This document shows, one piece after another, positions 37,657 to 51,675 of a stretch of DNA of 56,244 nt (position 1 is its first letter; every line of letters begins with the position of its first letter). Source of the DNA: Octopus sinensis. Taxonomy: Eukaryota. A model generated the notes under the pieces. That model was not told the origin of the DNA. It did no database searches and saw only the letters and a list, made by a program, of their open reading frames with translations. The position numbers were made by a program, and so were the translations under genes. Location of the stretch: contig NW_021833727.1 of the NCBI RefSeq assembly GCF_006345805.1, forward strand, positions 1 to 56,244, in the 5' to 3' direction.

Positions 37657-38764
37657 ATTGTAGAGAAAGAAGAATTAAGCATCAATACAATGGCTGTAAA
37701 AAAACCACAAGAACATGAACAACAAAAAAAGATCATTGAAAAAAAACAAACAGAAAAAAAAATAACGGCAGCGGCAACAATAGCAACGCCATCAAAACCA
37801 ACACTAAGAAGAAGAACAACAACAACAATATCGTTAACTGAAATCCTGAGAAAAGAAATCATTATTATAAATGTGAGTCGGCTATTGGAAAGCATTTCGT
37901 TGCCAACTCCGGGTCTTTACGCTGGCAAATATCAAAGTCAGTATTTTCTGTCTCAAATTGACAAACAACATTGACCTTTCTTTAGTTTAGGCAACCGAGG
38001 TCAGATGTTCGTTGCTTTATATGGAGTCGAATCCTAGACATAATGTCTATAACATGTGTGTATAGCGTATATATAAACTTATATATGTGTGTCTTTATAT
38101 GTATATATATTATATATGGGGTGTTGTTCGTCTGTGTGTATATATTTGTTTATTTGTATTGCTTAGTTTGGTTTTTTGGACAAGTCCTAATCGATGTTTG
38201 ATATCGAGAAACTCTATGGAGTAAAACAGGAAAAGAACAATAGACACAAAGAAAATCCTGCGAATGAATCAAGGTAATTTTAAGCATTATTATATTACAT
38301 TTTAAAAGAAGTCCTTCTCCCATAGCTCAATACATATCGTAATTTTATATGCTGCTTATTAAAGTTGTATTAACATTCTTCTCGTTTGGCCTGCAACTTG
38401 CGCATTCTGCAGACCTTCAGTGTTTGGTATTTGGAGATTTTCTGCATCACAGCACATGCTTATTTATTTATTATTATTTTTTTTGTCTTCTATAGAAGAG
38501 AACGAAAAGACCATCGTTCAATTTTTCTCCAATTCTGAAGAAATCTATGCTGTGAATGATTTGTACGAAGCTTGTCGCGACGCAACGTGGACAAAATTGA
38601 GAGAGGAAGATAACGATGATCCGGCCCTAGGAAATCGCTGGTAGTTTATCTGGTTGCTATAATGAATATTTGAAGGCTGACTTTGAGTAATACGGACATG
38701 TGATTGATAGGTTTCCGACAAACCGGAAAGCAGTGTTTCACCAATTATTCAAGAAACTGATTAC
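37657..38764 (+). CDS. Candidate exon cluster (37657-37872, 38185-38273, 38413-38426, 38496-38640, 38711-38764) of an unidentified gene
   Basis: Five consecutive GT-AG exons with compatible phases (0-0, 0-2, 2-1, 1-2, 2-2): ...ANESR/PSVF/EENEKTIVQFFSNSEEIYAVNDLYEACRDATWTKLREEDNDDPALGNR/WFPTNRKAVFHQLFKKLI. There is an in-frame TAA at 38188-38190. Confidence 0.5.
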
Positions 38765-38849
38765 GTAATTACTGAATTAATTATCTTGGGAAAAATAATA
38801 ATCCTAATATATAACATCGATTTCAGCATGCAATCTCCAAGTTCCAGGA

Positions 38850-39190
38850 ATATAAGTTACGAGGACGTAAACAAAACAACACCGGTTGTTTAGCGATTGT
38901 AGATGACAGACATAAAAGTGAAGATACACACACACACACGTATTCTCTCTCTCTCACTCTCTCTCTCTCTCTCTCTCAATCTCTCTCTCTCTGTCTCTCT
39001 CTCGCTCTACCTCACTCACTCACAGAGTCGAATACACTGACATGCACATATATAAGACGGGCTTCTTCCAGTTCCCATCTCTCAAATCCATGTATGAAAT
39101 CGAGGCTATAACAGAAGAGACTTGTTCATGTTGCCATGCACCCGGATCAATGTTGTTGGGAGGCAGACATCATTCCGCACAGCCACGTCG
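38850..39190 (-). mobile_element. SINE family A, degenerate
   Basis: ggacgtaaaca..caccggttgt and gacgggcttcttccagtt..gaggctata match the reverse complement of family A. Confidence 0.6.
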
Positions 39191-39259
39191 TCACCTCCAC
39201 ACATTCATATTAAAACAGTTTTTCAGGGACAAATTTACGGTGGTTTTACATTCCAGCTC

Positions 39260-39284
39260 CTCCTCGTCCTCTTCCTCCTCCTTT

Positions 39285-39381
<97 letters not shown>

Positions 39382-39592
39382 GCCACTGCTTCTGCCGCCA
39401 CTGCTTCTGCTGCTGCTGTTGCTACAACTACTACTACTACTACAACTACTACTTCGACTACTACTACTACTGCTGATGCTGCTGCCACTACTACTACTAC
39501 TATCACCTACTACTACTACTACTACTATTATCACCTACTACTACTACTACTACTACTACTACTGCGGCTGCTGCTGCTGCTGATGATGATGA

Positions 39593-39659
<67 letters not shown>

Positions 39660-39670
39660 TTACTACTACT
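39260..39670. repeat. Compound (CCT)/(CTA)/(CTG) microsatellite
   Basis: Seen directly. Confidence 0.95.
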
Positions 39671-40024
39671 AATGGAGAGCAAAGTAGACGGGATATACAC
39701 AATATTTCTGAGAGCGGCACCTAACACCAAATTGCAGTCCTACAAAACAAAACTAATCCTGTATGGTAATCTTTCAAGAGTAACCATAATAGAAAGACGT
39801 CTATAGAGTTTACCTGCAAAACACGAGTGTACAGTGACGAGCCTATCTTCAAAGTAATTTTAAATACTCCATTAATTTTAGTAAGCGATGACGTTAAAAT
39901 AGATCACCGTTAGTTTGAATATCGGACTCGTGAAGTTAAGAAGTTTCAGTTACATTTTTGTTTTCTGCATCAAAATATATGTACTTTCCCGGGGTTGTTG
40001 TTTTTTTTTTCTCTGTTGTGTTAG

Positions 40025-40240
40025 TTTATATGTATCTATGTTATGAGCGAGGAGTTGTCACTGTTCTCTTTGCATGTAGGCGTGGGTAAGTAACTACCAA
40101 TAAAAGAAACTTCGATGATTAGAAAACGAATGGAGTTATCTCTTTCAGAACGGTTATATACGGACGCTCAGACATATACATAAGCAGAATACGCAATCGT
40201 TTATTTACATGTTGTTTTTCTTTATCATGTATGTGAGTAT

Positions 40241-40327
<87 letters not shown>

Positions 40328-40448
40328 CATATATGTATACATATATATAATATACACACGAATATAGATATAGATATATACGTATATAAATCACAATCAT
40401 AAACATATGATATACAATATATATATATATATATATACATGTGTATAT

Positions 40449-40482
<34 letters not shown>

Positions 40483-40883
40483 ATATATGAATATGTGTAT
40501 ATATATGCGCATATGTTTAGGTATGTATGTAAATCTATATATAAACATATATATATATATATACACATATATGTGTATCACGTAAATATTTTTAAAGAGT
40601 AAATGTGCTTTCAATAATTCATATTCACTTGATCAACTCATTTTCCATCTGATCTATTGCATAATACGTACATGCATGCATACATAGATACACACAAACA
40701 CATATATAGACATATTTTTATATATATACATATATATAAACACATACAGACACACACACATATATAGATATACATTTACATAATCATACAAATATGTATA
40801 CACATATATGCATATGTATATATGTATCCCTACATATATATATACAAACATTTATACATATAGATATATACATACATACATAC

Positions 40884-40915
<32 letters not shown>

Positions 40916-41317
40916 ACATATCTACACATTCAGTGTTTATACATATTTATACATAAATACATACTATTCACATATAATGTATAACTCTATAGACATACCT
41001 CCTACGTTATGTACAGTTTTTCCATTTCTCGAGTTCTTTTACAACATAACTTTTACATATGTATATACGTAAGTATGTATGCACATATATATATATATAT
41101 ACTATATAGTATATATCTATATATATATATATATGGTTTTTTCCATCGTAACTTCTATTTTCACTTTGACATATATAAAGCGCATACCCATGAGAAATGA
41201 AACGTAAAATTATGAATATAGAGCGGGTGCAAATATTATTTACTTCACAAAAGAGAAACAGCTGAATGAAAGAACCGCAGCATACCGTTTGATGTGCTGT
41301 ATTAAATGGACTGCAAA
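40025..41317 (+). CDS. Candidate exons 40025-40085 and 41222-41317
   Basis: ttttttctctgttgtgttag/../gtaagt (phase 1-2, [19 protein letters not shown]), then tag/../gtaaaa (phase 2-2, [31 protein letters not shown]). Confidence 0.3.
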
Positions 41318-41724
41318 GTAAAAATTGAATGTGTTAATACCATTAAATATCATATGTTAACAGCACAGGCACTACAACATTACTGAGATCGGAAATCTGC
41401 ATATTAGCAGTTAAAGAGATAATTAGAGGAATATATAAATAGAAAGAGAGAGAGGAGAGAGAGAGAGAGAGAGAAATAAAGAGGTGAGAGGGAAATGGTG
41501 ATAAACATAGAGACACACACACACACGCACACCTATTCACATAAGTACACATATATATATGTATGTATATAAAGGAAGAAAGACGGAGAAAACGAATAAT
41601 TTAAAACACTCAACGTGTTTTCATTGAAATGAATATAGCTATGAAGATAGTATATACTTATATGCAAGTGCGTTGCTATCATACGAATGTATGTATGTAT
41701 GTATGCATCTCTCTCCTCTCTCTC

Positions 41725-41761
<37 letters not shown>

Positions 41762-42989
41762 ATACATATATTTACGCATATGTTTTAGAATTGGATAAAT
41801 GAATGTGCATGTATATGTATGTATACACATATACATACATACATACTTACATATATATATATATTATATATATATATATATGTACCTATATGTAAATATT
41901 TACACACATACATACACACATGTATATCTTTACATATATATGTTGTATACAAATGTTTGAAGATATATATAATATATATGTATATATATGTCTGTGTGTA
42001 TGCATATATATGTGTGTGTTTTTGTATGTGTATGCGTGTGCTTGCATAACGAAGAATAAAATTGGCAGTTACGGTAAAGAACTCTATTTTGTTGTAGAGC
42101 TTTGTCGGACGCTAAAATTTGACTCCATAAACTCAAAATATTCCAGTTTCCTTTTGGGAAACCCTCAGATTCTAATAGGAAACAGTTAAATGCTATTGGC
42201 TCTGCATTACCAAAGACCTTTTGAGGATTGGAAATTCGATTAACACCGATGGAACAGAATAGGAAAAGAGGAAAACGTGAGAAGCTGTAGAAGCATAAAG
42301 AAAAACGACCGTTTGCCAAGTGTATGTGAGACTGTTGGATTTAAATGTGTAGATGAAAAATATTGTGCATAAGAGACATTTTCTTTTTGTCATTACTTGC
42401 AACATCTTTGGTTTCAAATACGTCAAACACTAAAGCAACGTATGATAAAAATCTGTCACTTAAGTAAAATATTTTTCTTGGAATTGACGTCACTTTGGCC
42501 ATGAAAGCACTATCATATTATTTTTCAGCTATTTAAGTTTCAGAAAGCTGTTTAACATATCTGTTAATTGAAAATCCTTTTCTTAAACAATAAGTAACCA
42601 AATTGTATGGCGATTAAGAAAAGAGATAGACGAAAGTAATTTACAAAACGTCCAAAAATGCAAAATTTACGTGAAGAGGAGAAACATTTGTAAGGTTTGT
42701 TGAAATTTTGCTAAACTGAATAATTAGATTTAAAACATCGAATGATAAATGTTGAAGAACTTGTAGTCTGATGCCTAGACAAAATATTTTGAAATGTTGA
42801 TTCAATTTTAAATTAATTTGGAGGTATTTGCTGTTCGTTTGATGAATGATAGAGTGTGTTCCTCTCTTTTGTACAGGGATATACACTGATCGTAGACGAA
42901 TCAATTTACCTTAGTTTACACACACAGACACACACGCACACACACACGCACATACACACATATATATATTTATATATATATATATATAT

Positions 42990-43400
42990 GCGTAGGAGTG
43001 GCTGTGTGGTAAGTAGCTTGCTTACCAACCACATGGTTCCGGGTTCGGTCCCACTGCGTGGCACCTTGGACAAGTGTCTTCTACTATAGCCTCGGGCCGA
43101 CCAAAGCCTTGTGAGTGGATTTGGTAGACGGAAACTGAAAAAAGCACGTCGTATATATGTATATATATGTATATGTGTTTGTGCGTGTAGTGTTTGTGTT
43201 TGTCCCCCTAGCATCACTTGACAACCGATGCTGGTGTGTTTATGCGCCCGTAATTTAGCGGTTCGGCAAAAGAGACCGATAGAATAAGTACTGGGCTTAC
43301 GAAGAATAAGTCCCGGGGTCGAGTTGCTCGATTAAAGGTGGTGCTCCAGCATGGCCGCTGTCAAATGACTGAAACAAGTAAAAGAGTAAAAGAGAGAAGA
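42990..43400 (+). mobile_element. SINE family A, full length and young
   Basis: Near-identical to 15973-16387. Confidence 0.95.
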
Positions 43401-44559
43401 GATATGCACACACATACACACACATATATTTATATATATCTATATATACATATGCACACACATACATAAACATATTCACATAAACACAACACACACAGTG
43501 GTATAGCTGAATTAGCTGAACGTTGAGTTGATGGGTATAGTTGCATGCTTTTTGTCGGCAGTATTTGTAAGGGTAAAATATTCAACTGTAACTTGCGAGT
43601 TGAATTTAACTGAACCTGCCTAATCGTTATAGAGACGTCTTTTAATGGGCGTAAACATTAAATAGATTAGTTTGGCGCTCGGTGAAAGTTTTAGATTGGA
43701 AACTGTAAGTAAAAAATAGGAGGTTTCGATTATTGCTAATTGTCAGATAGTGGAACGAAGCCCAGATGAGAAGAAGATGATGAAGGAACTGACAGTCAAG
43801 AGAAAGGCACATGGGAGTTAAATTGACAAGATATAATATGCATATCGCTTAACGTCCCCTAAACAAAAGCGGACGCTCGTCCTAAAATCTTGCCTTACCG
43901 ACATGCATCATCGAATATATCGATATACATTCATCAAAGATTGTAATTAAAGGAAATTAATTGCACACTTTTCCAGTAGATTATGTACATCAATGCATAA
44001 AGTTTAGAAGCCACGCCTCTTTGTTATAAGATGTGATTGGGGGAAATTTCATTGGGCAGCATAAATACAGTTTAAGCACAACTTAATGCCATTATTCCAT
44101 AATTTTGCCTCAATATAAACGGGTAACTTTAACAGTAAAATCTTCATTTACCATAGAACCTTGTATGTATGCAATATGAAGGTCATGTTACTTACTCTTC
44201 GGACATTAAATTTTCATTTTCGTACCTAAAATGGCGTATAGACATTAAGACCATGAGAATAGAGCGCTGTACTAAGATGACCGCCATTACATTTCTTATT
44301 ATAATTTCATTTTCAAGTTTTTCCCCCTCAAGAGATAAAGATGAGAATTTTCTCTGAACTAAACATCAAATATTAAAGCAAAGTATAAAGGATATTATTT
44401 CAATAAAAATCAAATTCTTTCCAAATCATTTAAATCTTCATCTTTATTTAAGCATCTCTTTGTTAGAAATTCTATTGGTATAGATTCAGCGTAATACTAA
44501 ATAATTCAGAGCAGACGCATCATTCTCCAAACCTTTACTTATATTGTTGTTGTTGTTGT

Positions 44560-44662
44560 TTTCTTCTTCTTCTTCTTCTTCTTCTTCTTCTTCTTCTTCT
44601 TCTTCTTCTTCTTCTTCTTCTTCTTCTTCTTCTCTTCTTCTTCTTCTTCTTCTTCTTCTTCT
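44560..44662. repeat. (TTC)n microsatellite
   Basis: Seen directly. Confidence 0.97.
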
Positions 44663-44863
44663 AAATCTGCCGGTCTTCAAGCGACAGGCGACCATTCCCA
44701 AAGCATGGAAACCACTCCTAAACTTGTGTTTCGCTTATGACATTGTCCTTGGGAGTTGTTTGAAACATGACAACACTTCCGGCCGCTCTTTTCCCAGCAG
44801 AAAACAGAATTCCACAGAAACACACTGATTCTTCGTTTCATGCCCCCCCCCCATATATATATA

Positions 44864-44893
<30 letters not shown>

Positions 44894-44896
<3 letters not shown>

Positions 44897-45013
44897 TTTT
44901 ATAGTTCCTGGGTAAGAGAGAGATAGAAATGAAAAAGGGGTATATATATATATATATATATTATATACACACCCCTTTTTCATTTCTTCTCTCTCTTACC
45001 CGGAACTATAAAA

Positions 45014-45016
<3 letters not shown>
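44894..45016. mobile_element. Foldback/MITE-like palindrome with ~50 bp arms and a (TA)n loop
   Basis: cacttttatagttcctgggtaagagagagatagaaatgaaaaagggg ... cccctttttcatttcttctctctcttacccggaactataaaagtg, embedded in (TA)n. Confidence 0.85.
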
Positions 45017-45093
<77 letters not shown>

Positions 45094-45239
45094 TACGACG
45101 TGGTGCTGAAGGATCACTGGCTTCAGCCTATCACGAAAGGCCTACCTTTTCGAGTTCTATTACAGGATTTTGAAGAACTAAAATGCTGTTGCAATAAGTG
45201 TGTGTGTGTCTGTGTGTGTATAGATTGTTAGATATAGGG

Positions 45240-45338
45240 GTCGATAGATAGACACATAGAGAGGCATACATACATACAGATAAAGAGATAGATAAATAGA
45301 TAAATAGATAGATAAATAGATAAATAGATAGATAGATT

Positions 45339-45375
<37 letters not shown>

Positions 45376-45411
45376 GTAGATAGATAGATAGACAGACAGG
45401 TAGACAGGTAG

Positions 45412-45445
<34 letters not shown>

Positions 45446-45446
45446 T

Positions 45447-45493
<47 letters not shown>

Positions 45494-45531
45494 TATAGAC
45501 AGACAGATAGATAGACAGACAGGTAGACAGG

Positions 45532-45603
<72 letters not shown>

Positions 45604-45605
45604 GA
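45240..45605. repeat. (TAGA)n microsatellite
   Basis: Seen directly. Confidence 0.97.
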
Positions 45606-45945
45606 CGAAGATATTTGTATTACGTATTGAAGAGCAGAAGATGAAAAATTCAAGTAAATAGTACCCATTGTGTTCAGCAGAAATCTATTACGTCCAGGGC
45701 AAAGCTCATTGCCAGCAATGGACAGCAATTTAGTGCACTGAACTGAGGGAAATCACATAGCTGATATATATCGCATAGAAACTATTGAAATAAGACAGCA
45801 ACAGTTTGTATTGACTGCAGTTATCAACAAAGGTATCTGCTTAAATACTATGAAATTTTTCAAAGTTCAAAATCAACGGCCTTTTTGTTAGATAAAGCGT
45901 TGTGTATTAGAATGTAAACGTTCTATTCTGTCCCTGCTATCAGGG

Positions 45946-45977
<32 letters not shown>

Positions 45978-45979
45978 GA

Positions 45980-46096
<117 letters not shown>

Positions 46097-46839
46097 TATA
46101 CATGTACACATTCGTATATACATATATATGTATATGTATATATGTATGTGTGTATGGATATATATGTATGTATGTGCGTGATTATATATCTATATATACA
46201 TACACTTTCACAGCATAGAGTTCATACCTATATATCAATTATTCCATCGTATTTGGAAGCAAACATTGAAAATATTTCCAGAGAATGAAATGAGAGAATT
46301 GTATACAAGAAGTGAAGACACAATTTTGAGTCGCCAGTAAAGTCACTGAATGCCTAAACAATACCCTATACGATCGATAAAGAAATACCTTCGTCCAGTA
46401 TATATACTTGCGCCACTTTCTCATACAGCAGTCATGCCATTCTTAAAACCAGTGCCTTTTGCAAACTAGCCCCGTACAGTAATCGAATAAATGTTAGTCA
46501 CTCAGGACAATACTTTTATTCTGTAGGTGCTCGACTACTTTTTACTGTTTATTACAATGGATGTTTTTGCTCTAGGATGTAAATAGCTCTAAGGCAGTTT
46601 AGCAGCAGTAGTACTAAGATGTATTGTCGATATGGCAATTCGAAATTTGGAAATTTATCCCATTTCTTTTTTTTTTTTTTGCAGACATATTGGAGCTAGG
46701 ATAAGTTAGTTTTCCTCTTTTGGCTGTTTCTTCTATATATTTTTTAATTTTAAGTCATTAAACTTCAGCTATATTGGGGCACGGCATCATTTTCTGTTAT
46801 TAAGCTGTCATATTCACACCCATAGTTATTGTGGAATCT

Positions 46840-47074
46840 AAGGCGGCGAGCTGGCAGAAACGTTAGCACGTCGGGCGAAATGCGTCGCCGTATTTCGTCT
46901 GCCGTTACGTTCCGAGTTCAAATTCCGCCGAGGTCGACTTTGCCTTTCATCCTTTCGGGGTCGATAAATTAAGTACCAGTTACGCACTGGTGTCGATATA
47001 ATCGACTTAATCCGTCTGTCTGTCCTTGTTTGTCCCCTCTGTATTTAGCCCCTTGTGGGTATTAAAGAAATAGG
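46840..47074 (+). mobile_element. SINE family B, full length, with a probable 9-nt target-site duplication
   Basis: Least diverged B copy; tattgtgga at 46827-46835 and 47075-47083. Confidence 0.93.
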
Positions 47075-47319
47075 TATTGTGGAGCCTGATACACGTTTTA
47101 GCGATTCAAAGTATCTCTCAGCTAATTAATGGATAATAAATATATACATTTTTGACAGGTATTGTAAACTTAAAAGAATATCATAGACAAATATATATAA
47201 AGCCTACATACACACACATATTCATGCATCAAACGTATATCTCGACTAGATTTTTGCCCCTAACCAATTTCTCATTGTAGGCTTACACCTGTTGCAGCTT
47301 TGATAGCGTTTTTATCCCA

Positions 47320-47500
47320 TCAGGTCTCCGGCAGTGGGTGGTGGCGATTCCTGCTGTACTCTTTCGCCACAACTTTTTATCATTCTTTCTTCTGTTGGCA
47401 TGCTCGCTTAGCCAGCGGGGTGGCGTCATGTGAAGGCTAAAACAATGCGAAGCGCATTGTGACCAGCGATGTGTAGCCTGGTCGGTCACGGTGATCAGGG
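47320..47500 (+). mobile_element. SINE family C, 5'-truncated
   Basis: Matches 9960-10150. Confidence 0.85.
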
Positions 47501-48308
47501 TTATATATATATAACACATATACGTGCACATATGTGGCTGCTTATGTTGACGGAAAGTGTGGGGGATCCTGTCGTATATATTATTGAAGAGTTTGTCTTT
47601 GTGTTTAAGATTGCCCTCACGCTCTCTCCACCATGTACATGACCTGTGAAGAGCTTATTTTCAAAACCAGATATATGTAGCGAAGTAACTTTTGAGTAAT
47701 TGTTTAAAACAACAACTTGAATATGCCTGATTTTGATTAGAAGACTAAGATTCACTTCCTGTCTATATGACATCCATCGCAGTTTGAATGAAAGACATTT
47801 CACGTGTTTGAAGCCAACAGATTTCAGATTGTTTTATTGTTTATCATTAAATCGAGCAAATACGAATTTACACCGGTTTTGAAACTAAGATCCTCAACTG
47901 GTTTCGGTTTAGTGACGTTATCGAATCTATAAAACCATCATTACAGCAGTCGGTAATATTCTGACTAACCTTTCCTGGCGATGCTTTAAACATGGTCGAA
48001 TTTCAGTGACTGAAACTTGGTGAGACACATTTTGTAACACATGTTTTATATACAAGCTCCAGAGAAAACAACACATTGGTGATAAGTTTAATGACAGCAA
48101 ATAAAAAAATAATTTTTAAAGTCTTAAAGTCGCTACTCCAAGTATAGGTCGACAAAAGTGATGTTGTTAGCATTAAAGTTGTCTAGTGACTATAAATTTC
48201 ATAACTGCTTTCTATGGTGACATTGCTTTACGTCTGGTCTATACAGCGATTAACCTACGCATGAACTTCTACTTGCAGTAATATATACATACACACTCTC
48301 TCAAAGTA

Positions 48309-48372
<64 letters not shown>

Positions 48373-48456
48373 TTAGTAGAAAGAATAGCTATAACTCATT
48401 GACTGCTATTTCTAAATTCTGTATGTGGTGAGGCAAATCGTTGCTAAACCCTTAAT

Positions 48457-48504
<48 letters not shown>

Positions 48505-48519
48505 TACATACATACACTA

Positions 48520-48521
48520 TC

Positions 48522-48620
<99 letters not shown>

Positions 48621-48654
48621 AATCAATCTATCTATCTATCTATCTATCTATCCA

Positions 48655-48694
<40 letters not shown>

Positions 48695-48700
48695 ATATAT
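48520..48700. repeat. (TATC)n(TC)n microsatellite
   Basis: Seen directly. Confidence 0.95.
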
Positions 48701-48857
48701 CTATAATATATATATATATAATATATATATATTATATTATATATATTATATTATATATATATATATATACAAACGGTGGTGCATCAGTATGGTCATAGCT
48801 CTGAGCTGAAACTACAGAAAAAATATATGTGCTTGTATTTATAAATATACAGAGACA

Positions 48858-48890
<33 letters not shown>

Positions 48891-49410
48891 TCATTCATTC
48901 ATTCATACAAGCATACATAATTACATACTTACATACATAGATAAATACATTCATACATATGCGTATGTGTATATGCATATGTTTACCGATGTATATATTA
49001 TTATTTATCTCATCACTACAGTATTATGCATCCAAATCACGATTTCGGTCAAACTGCCTTTAAGTCGCCATTTAATATCATTTAATGTAGATGTAAAAAC
49101 ACACTTCTAACACGAAGTTGTAATGACTCTGTTTATACATTAGTGCAGCTATACAAACAAAGCTATATCTCCGTATATCTATCTAAAGGTATACATGTAC
49201 ACAAACGCATATATACACGACTGTATTAGTTAAAGTGTATACACACACACACATGTATATCTATTGGTGTGTTATATATATATATATATAATATATATGT
49301 ATATATATATACATATATATATGTGTGTGTGTGTGTGTATATATATACATATATATATGTGTATATTATACATATATTATAATACATATATACATATATA
49401 TATATATATA

Positions 49411-49499
<89 letters not shown>

Positions 49500-50849
49500 T
49501 GAGTGTTGTGTATACAATATGTTTTTATGTGTCTGTATCTATATGTATGAACACTTCAAAGAAGCCATTGCAGATACAACGTTTTGCCCGTATCTCAACG
49601 TCACATGTACTTGATAATGCAAATATCAATAATTATCTGCTTCCCCCAAAATCGATACGATTATTTTTTTTTCGATCGATTTCGACTCTGATACGTTTCG
49701 GCTTGCTAAATCGTAGAAAAATTAGAAAAACGGTATCGAACTAGGAAATCTTTATTTGGAAACTATGTCTTATTATTTACTAATTCAGTAATTTCTTTGG
49801 CACCATATTGATTTCTGCTTAAAATTCTGAATTCCCTGCAATATTTATTTCACTAAAGGCAGTCATATTAATATTCTTGATTGAGTTTTAAGTAAACGTT
49901 ATATGTAGAGCTTCTTGAAATTTTCTAACTAAATCAATTATGGATGGAAACTTTCAGAGCGGAATGTCATTTCCATTATCACACCAAAAATAATATATTC
50001 AGCCGTTCCTTACTTACATGCCATTCTTTCATTACAGCTCACACCTGAACTTTAGAGGGTTCTCAATTACCCACTTATCAAACATTCCAAATATTAATAT
50101 CTTGTTATTTATGTATTTCTTATGATATAACGATTACTCTGACGACTGAATTTCGCCAAAGAATCGTAGAAACACGATGTTGCTTTTGATAAGAGTTTTG
50201 ATGTTATCTTTCTCATAGAAGATCTGGCGTTTCTCATGTAACCCCTTGAAGTAAAGTTTGATTTGCACTTTGTTCTTGAAAGGAATCATAGGTCTTGTAT
50301 ATACTGTGCAAGGTATTTCAATTTCAGTAATATAGTTTTTATGGTACGTTTTATATAAGAATACCTACGACATCTGATAAAATAATTTGCACGAAATATC
50401 ATCATTTAGTGTCATGAGATCCGCTGCTGTAACCTATGGAATTAAATGTGGTAAAAATATACAGAAGCACGCCAGCTTTATAATGGGTATGTTTCAAATG
50501 ATTTGACTACTGTCAAAATATCATTATTTGGTTTGATTTCATTATTATCAATCGCATGTCCTGATTCAATGAAAAAGCTGACTCCATTTATAGGGATTGT
50601 CTTTCAAGCATCGGGAGTTTTTGTTGTATTTAACACAATTCTAACATTTATTTTAAAAATACATGCATTCAGACCCGTTAAAAATTAGCGAGGCAAACCG
50701 TCTGATGATATAAGAGCTCCACCGATCAACTATTAAAGGACGAGACGAGGTGCTTTCAAGAATGTTTGAGAGTGTTATAGGAGATGTTATAGCTGTCCTA
50801 CATTCTGGTAATTTTAATTAATCATTAACATACGTCTAATAACCTAAGA

Positions 50850-51480
50850 TTGACGGTGTCAATTGTAACAACAGGAACAAATCCTACTAAATCTTGTTTG
50901 TTATGGGTGACAATTATTCAGAATGCAATTGGGACATGAATGTAATTTGGAAGCTCATAAGCAATAACGCTGGGTGTTAAAGGGGAAAAAGAAAGCTATG
51001 GAAACATGTAAAGTTCCAAACTGTTATTGTGTTAGGTATAAGAGCCGTGCATCAGATTTGCGCAGGCGCAATAGGTGAGGGACAACAGATCTATAGAGAA
51101 GCTCTGGACGATTGCTTTTTCAACAGCTATCTACTGGCCAGGAAGAAAACAAAGAGTAATTGGTGCATGTTTTAAGGAAGTTTAGAAGGAGATTTCGTCA
51201 TAAAATACAGAGTGCGTGCACTAGGACAATGCACACTCCACAATTTCATATTGGTAACCAAATCTTTGCTCCTCATCCTTCCTACAGTCCAGGGTTTGCT
51301 CCATGTAATTTTGGTTATTTTCAAGTTTGAAAGAGATGAAGGCTGGGACAAGGTCCTGGACATATTCACTTTGAAGGAGTTCCAAAGACACTTCACGCAG
51401 TGATGTTTCCTTGAAATCAAAAGGTGTCAGAATTTTGTACTTCTTACAAATTATGAAACGGCTCTGCTTAAAAGGTGGTA
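50850..51480 (+). pseudogene. Degenerate mariner transposase catalytic region
   Basis: IFAPHPSYSPGFAPCNFGYFQV*K at ~51260-51335 matches HPPYSPDLAPCDF.LFP.LK. Confidence 0.65.
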
Positions 51481-51539
51481 AGACTTCTGGAATGGATCTT
51501 GAAATATTTTTCTTCTCTACTTGTTTTCTGCTCTAGGCA

Positions 51540-51675
51540 AATTTTTGGGTGGAAGGGGCAGTGATTAGATCAACCACAGTACGAAACCTATGAAAGGCAA
51601 GGTCGATCTCGGTGGAATTTGGAATTCAGAACGTAAAGACGGACAAAATTCCGCTAAGCATTTCGCCCGGCGAAA
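51540..51675 (-). mobile_element. SINE family B fragment
   Basis: gaaaggcaaggtcgatctcggtggaattt..cagaacgtaa..catttcgcccggcg. Confidence 0.6.

Noticed and set aside
50460-50688. Hydrophobic 75-codon frame (EARQLYNGY...FRPVKN*) and other plus-strand frames at 44.1-50.3 kb
   Set aside because: They can be chained by phase, but acceptors are weak or need corrections. At a rough 7% stop frequency per codon, several frames of this length are expected by chance.
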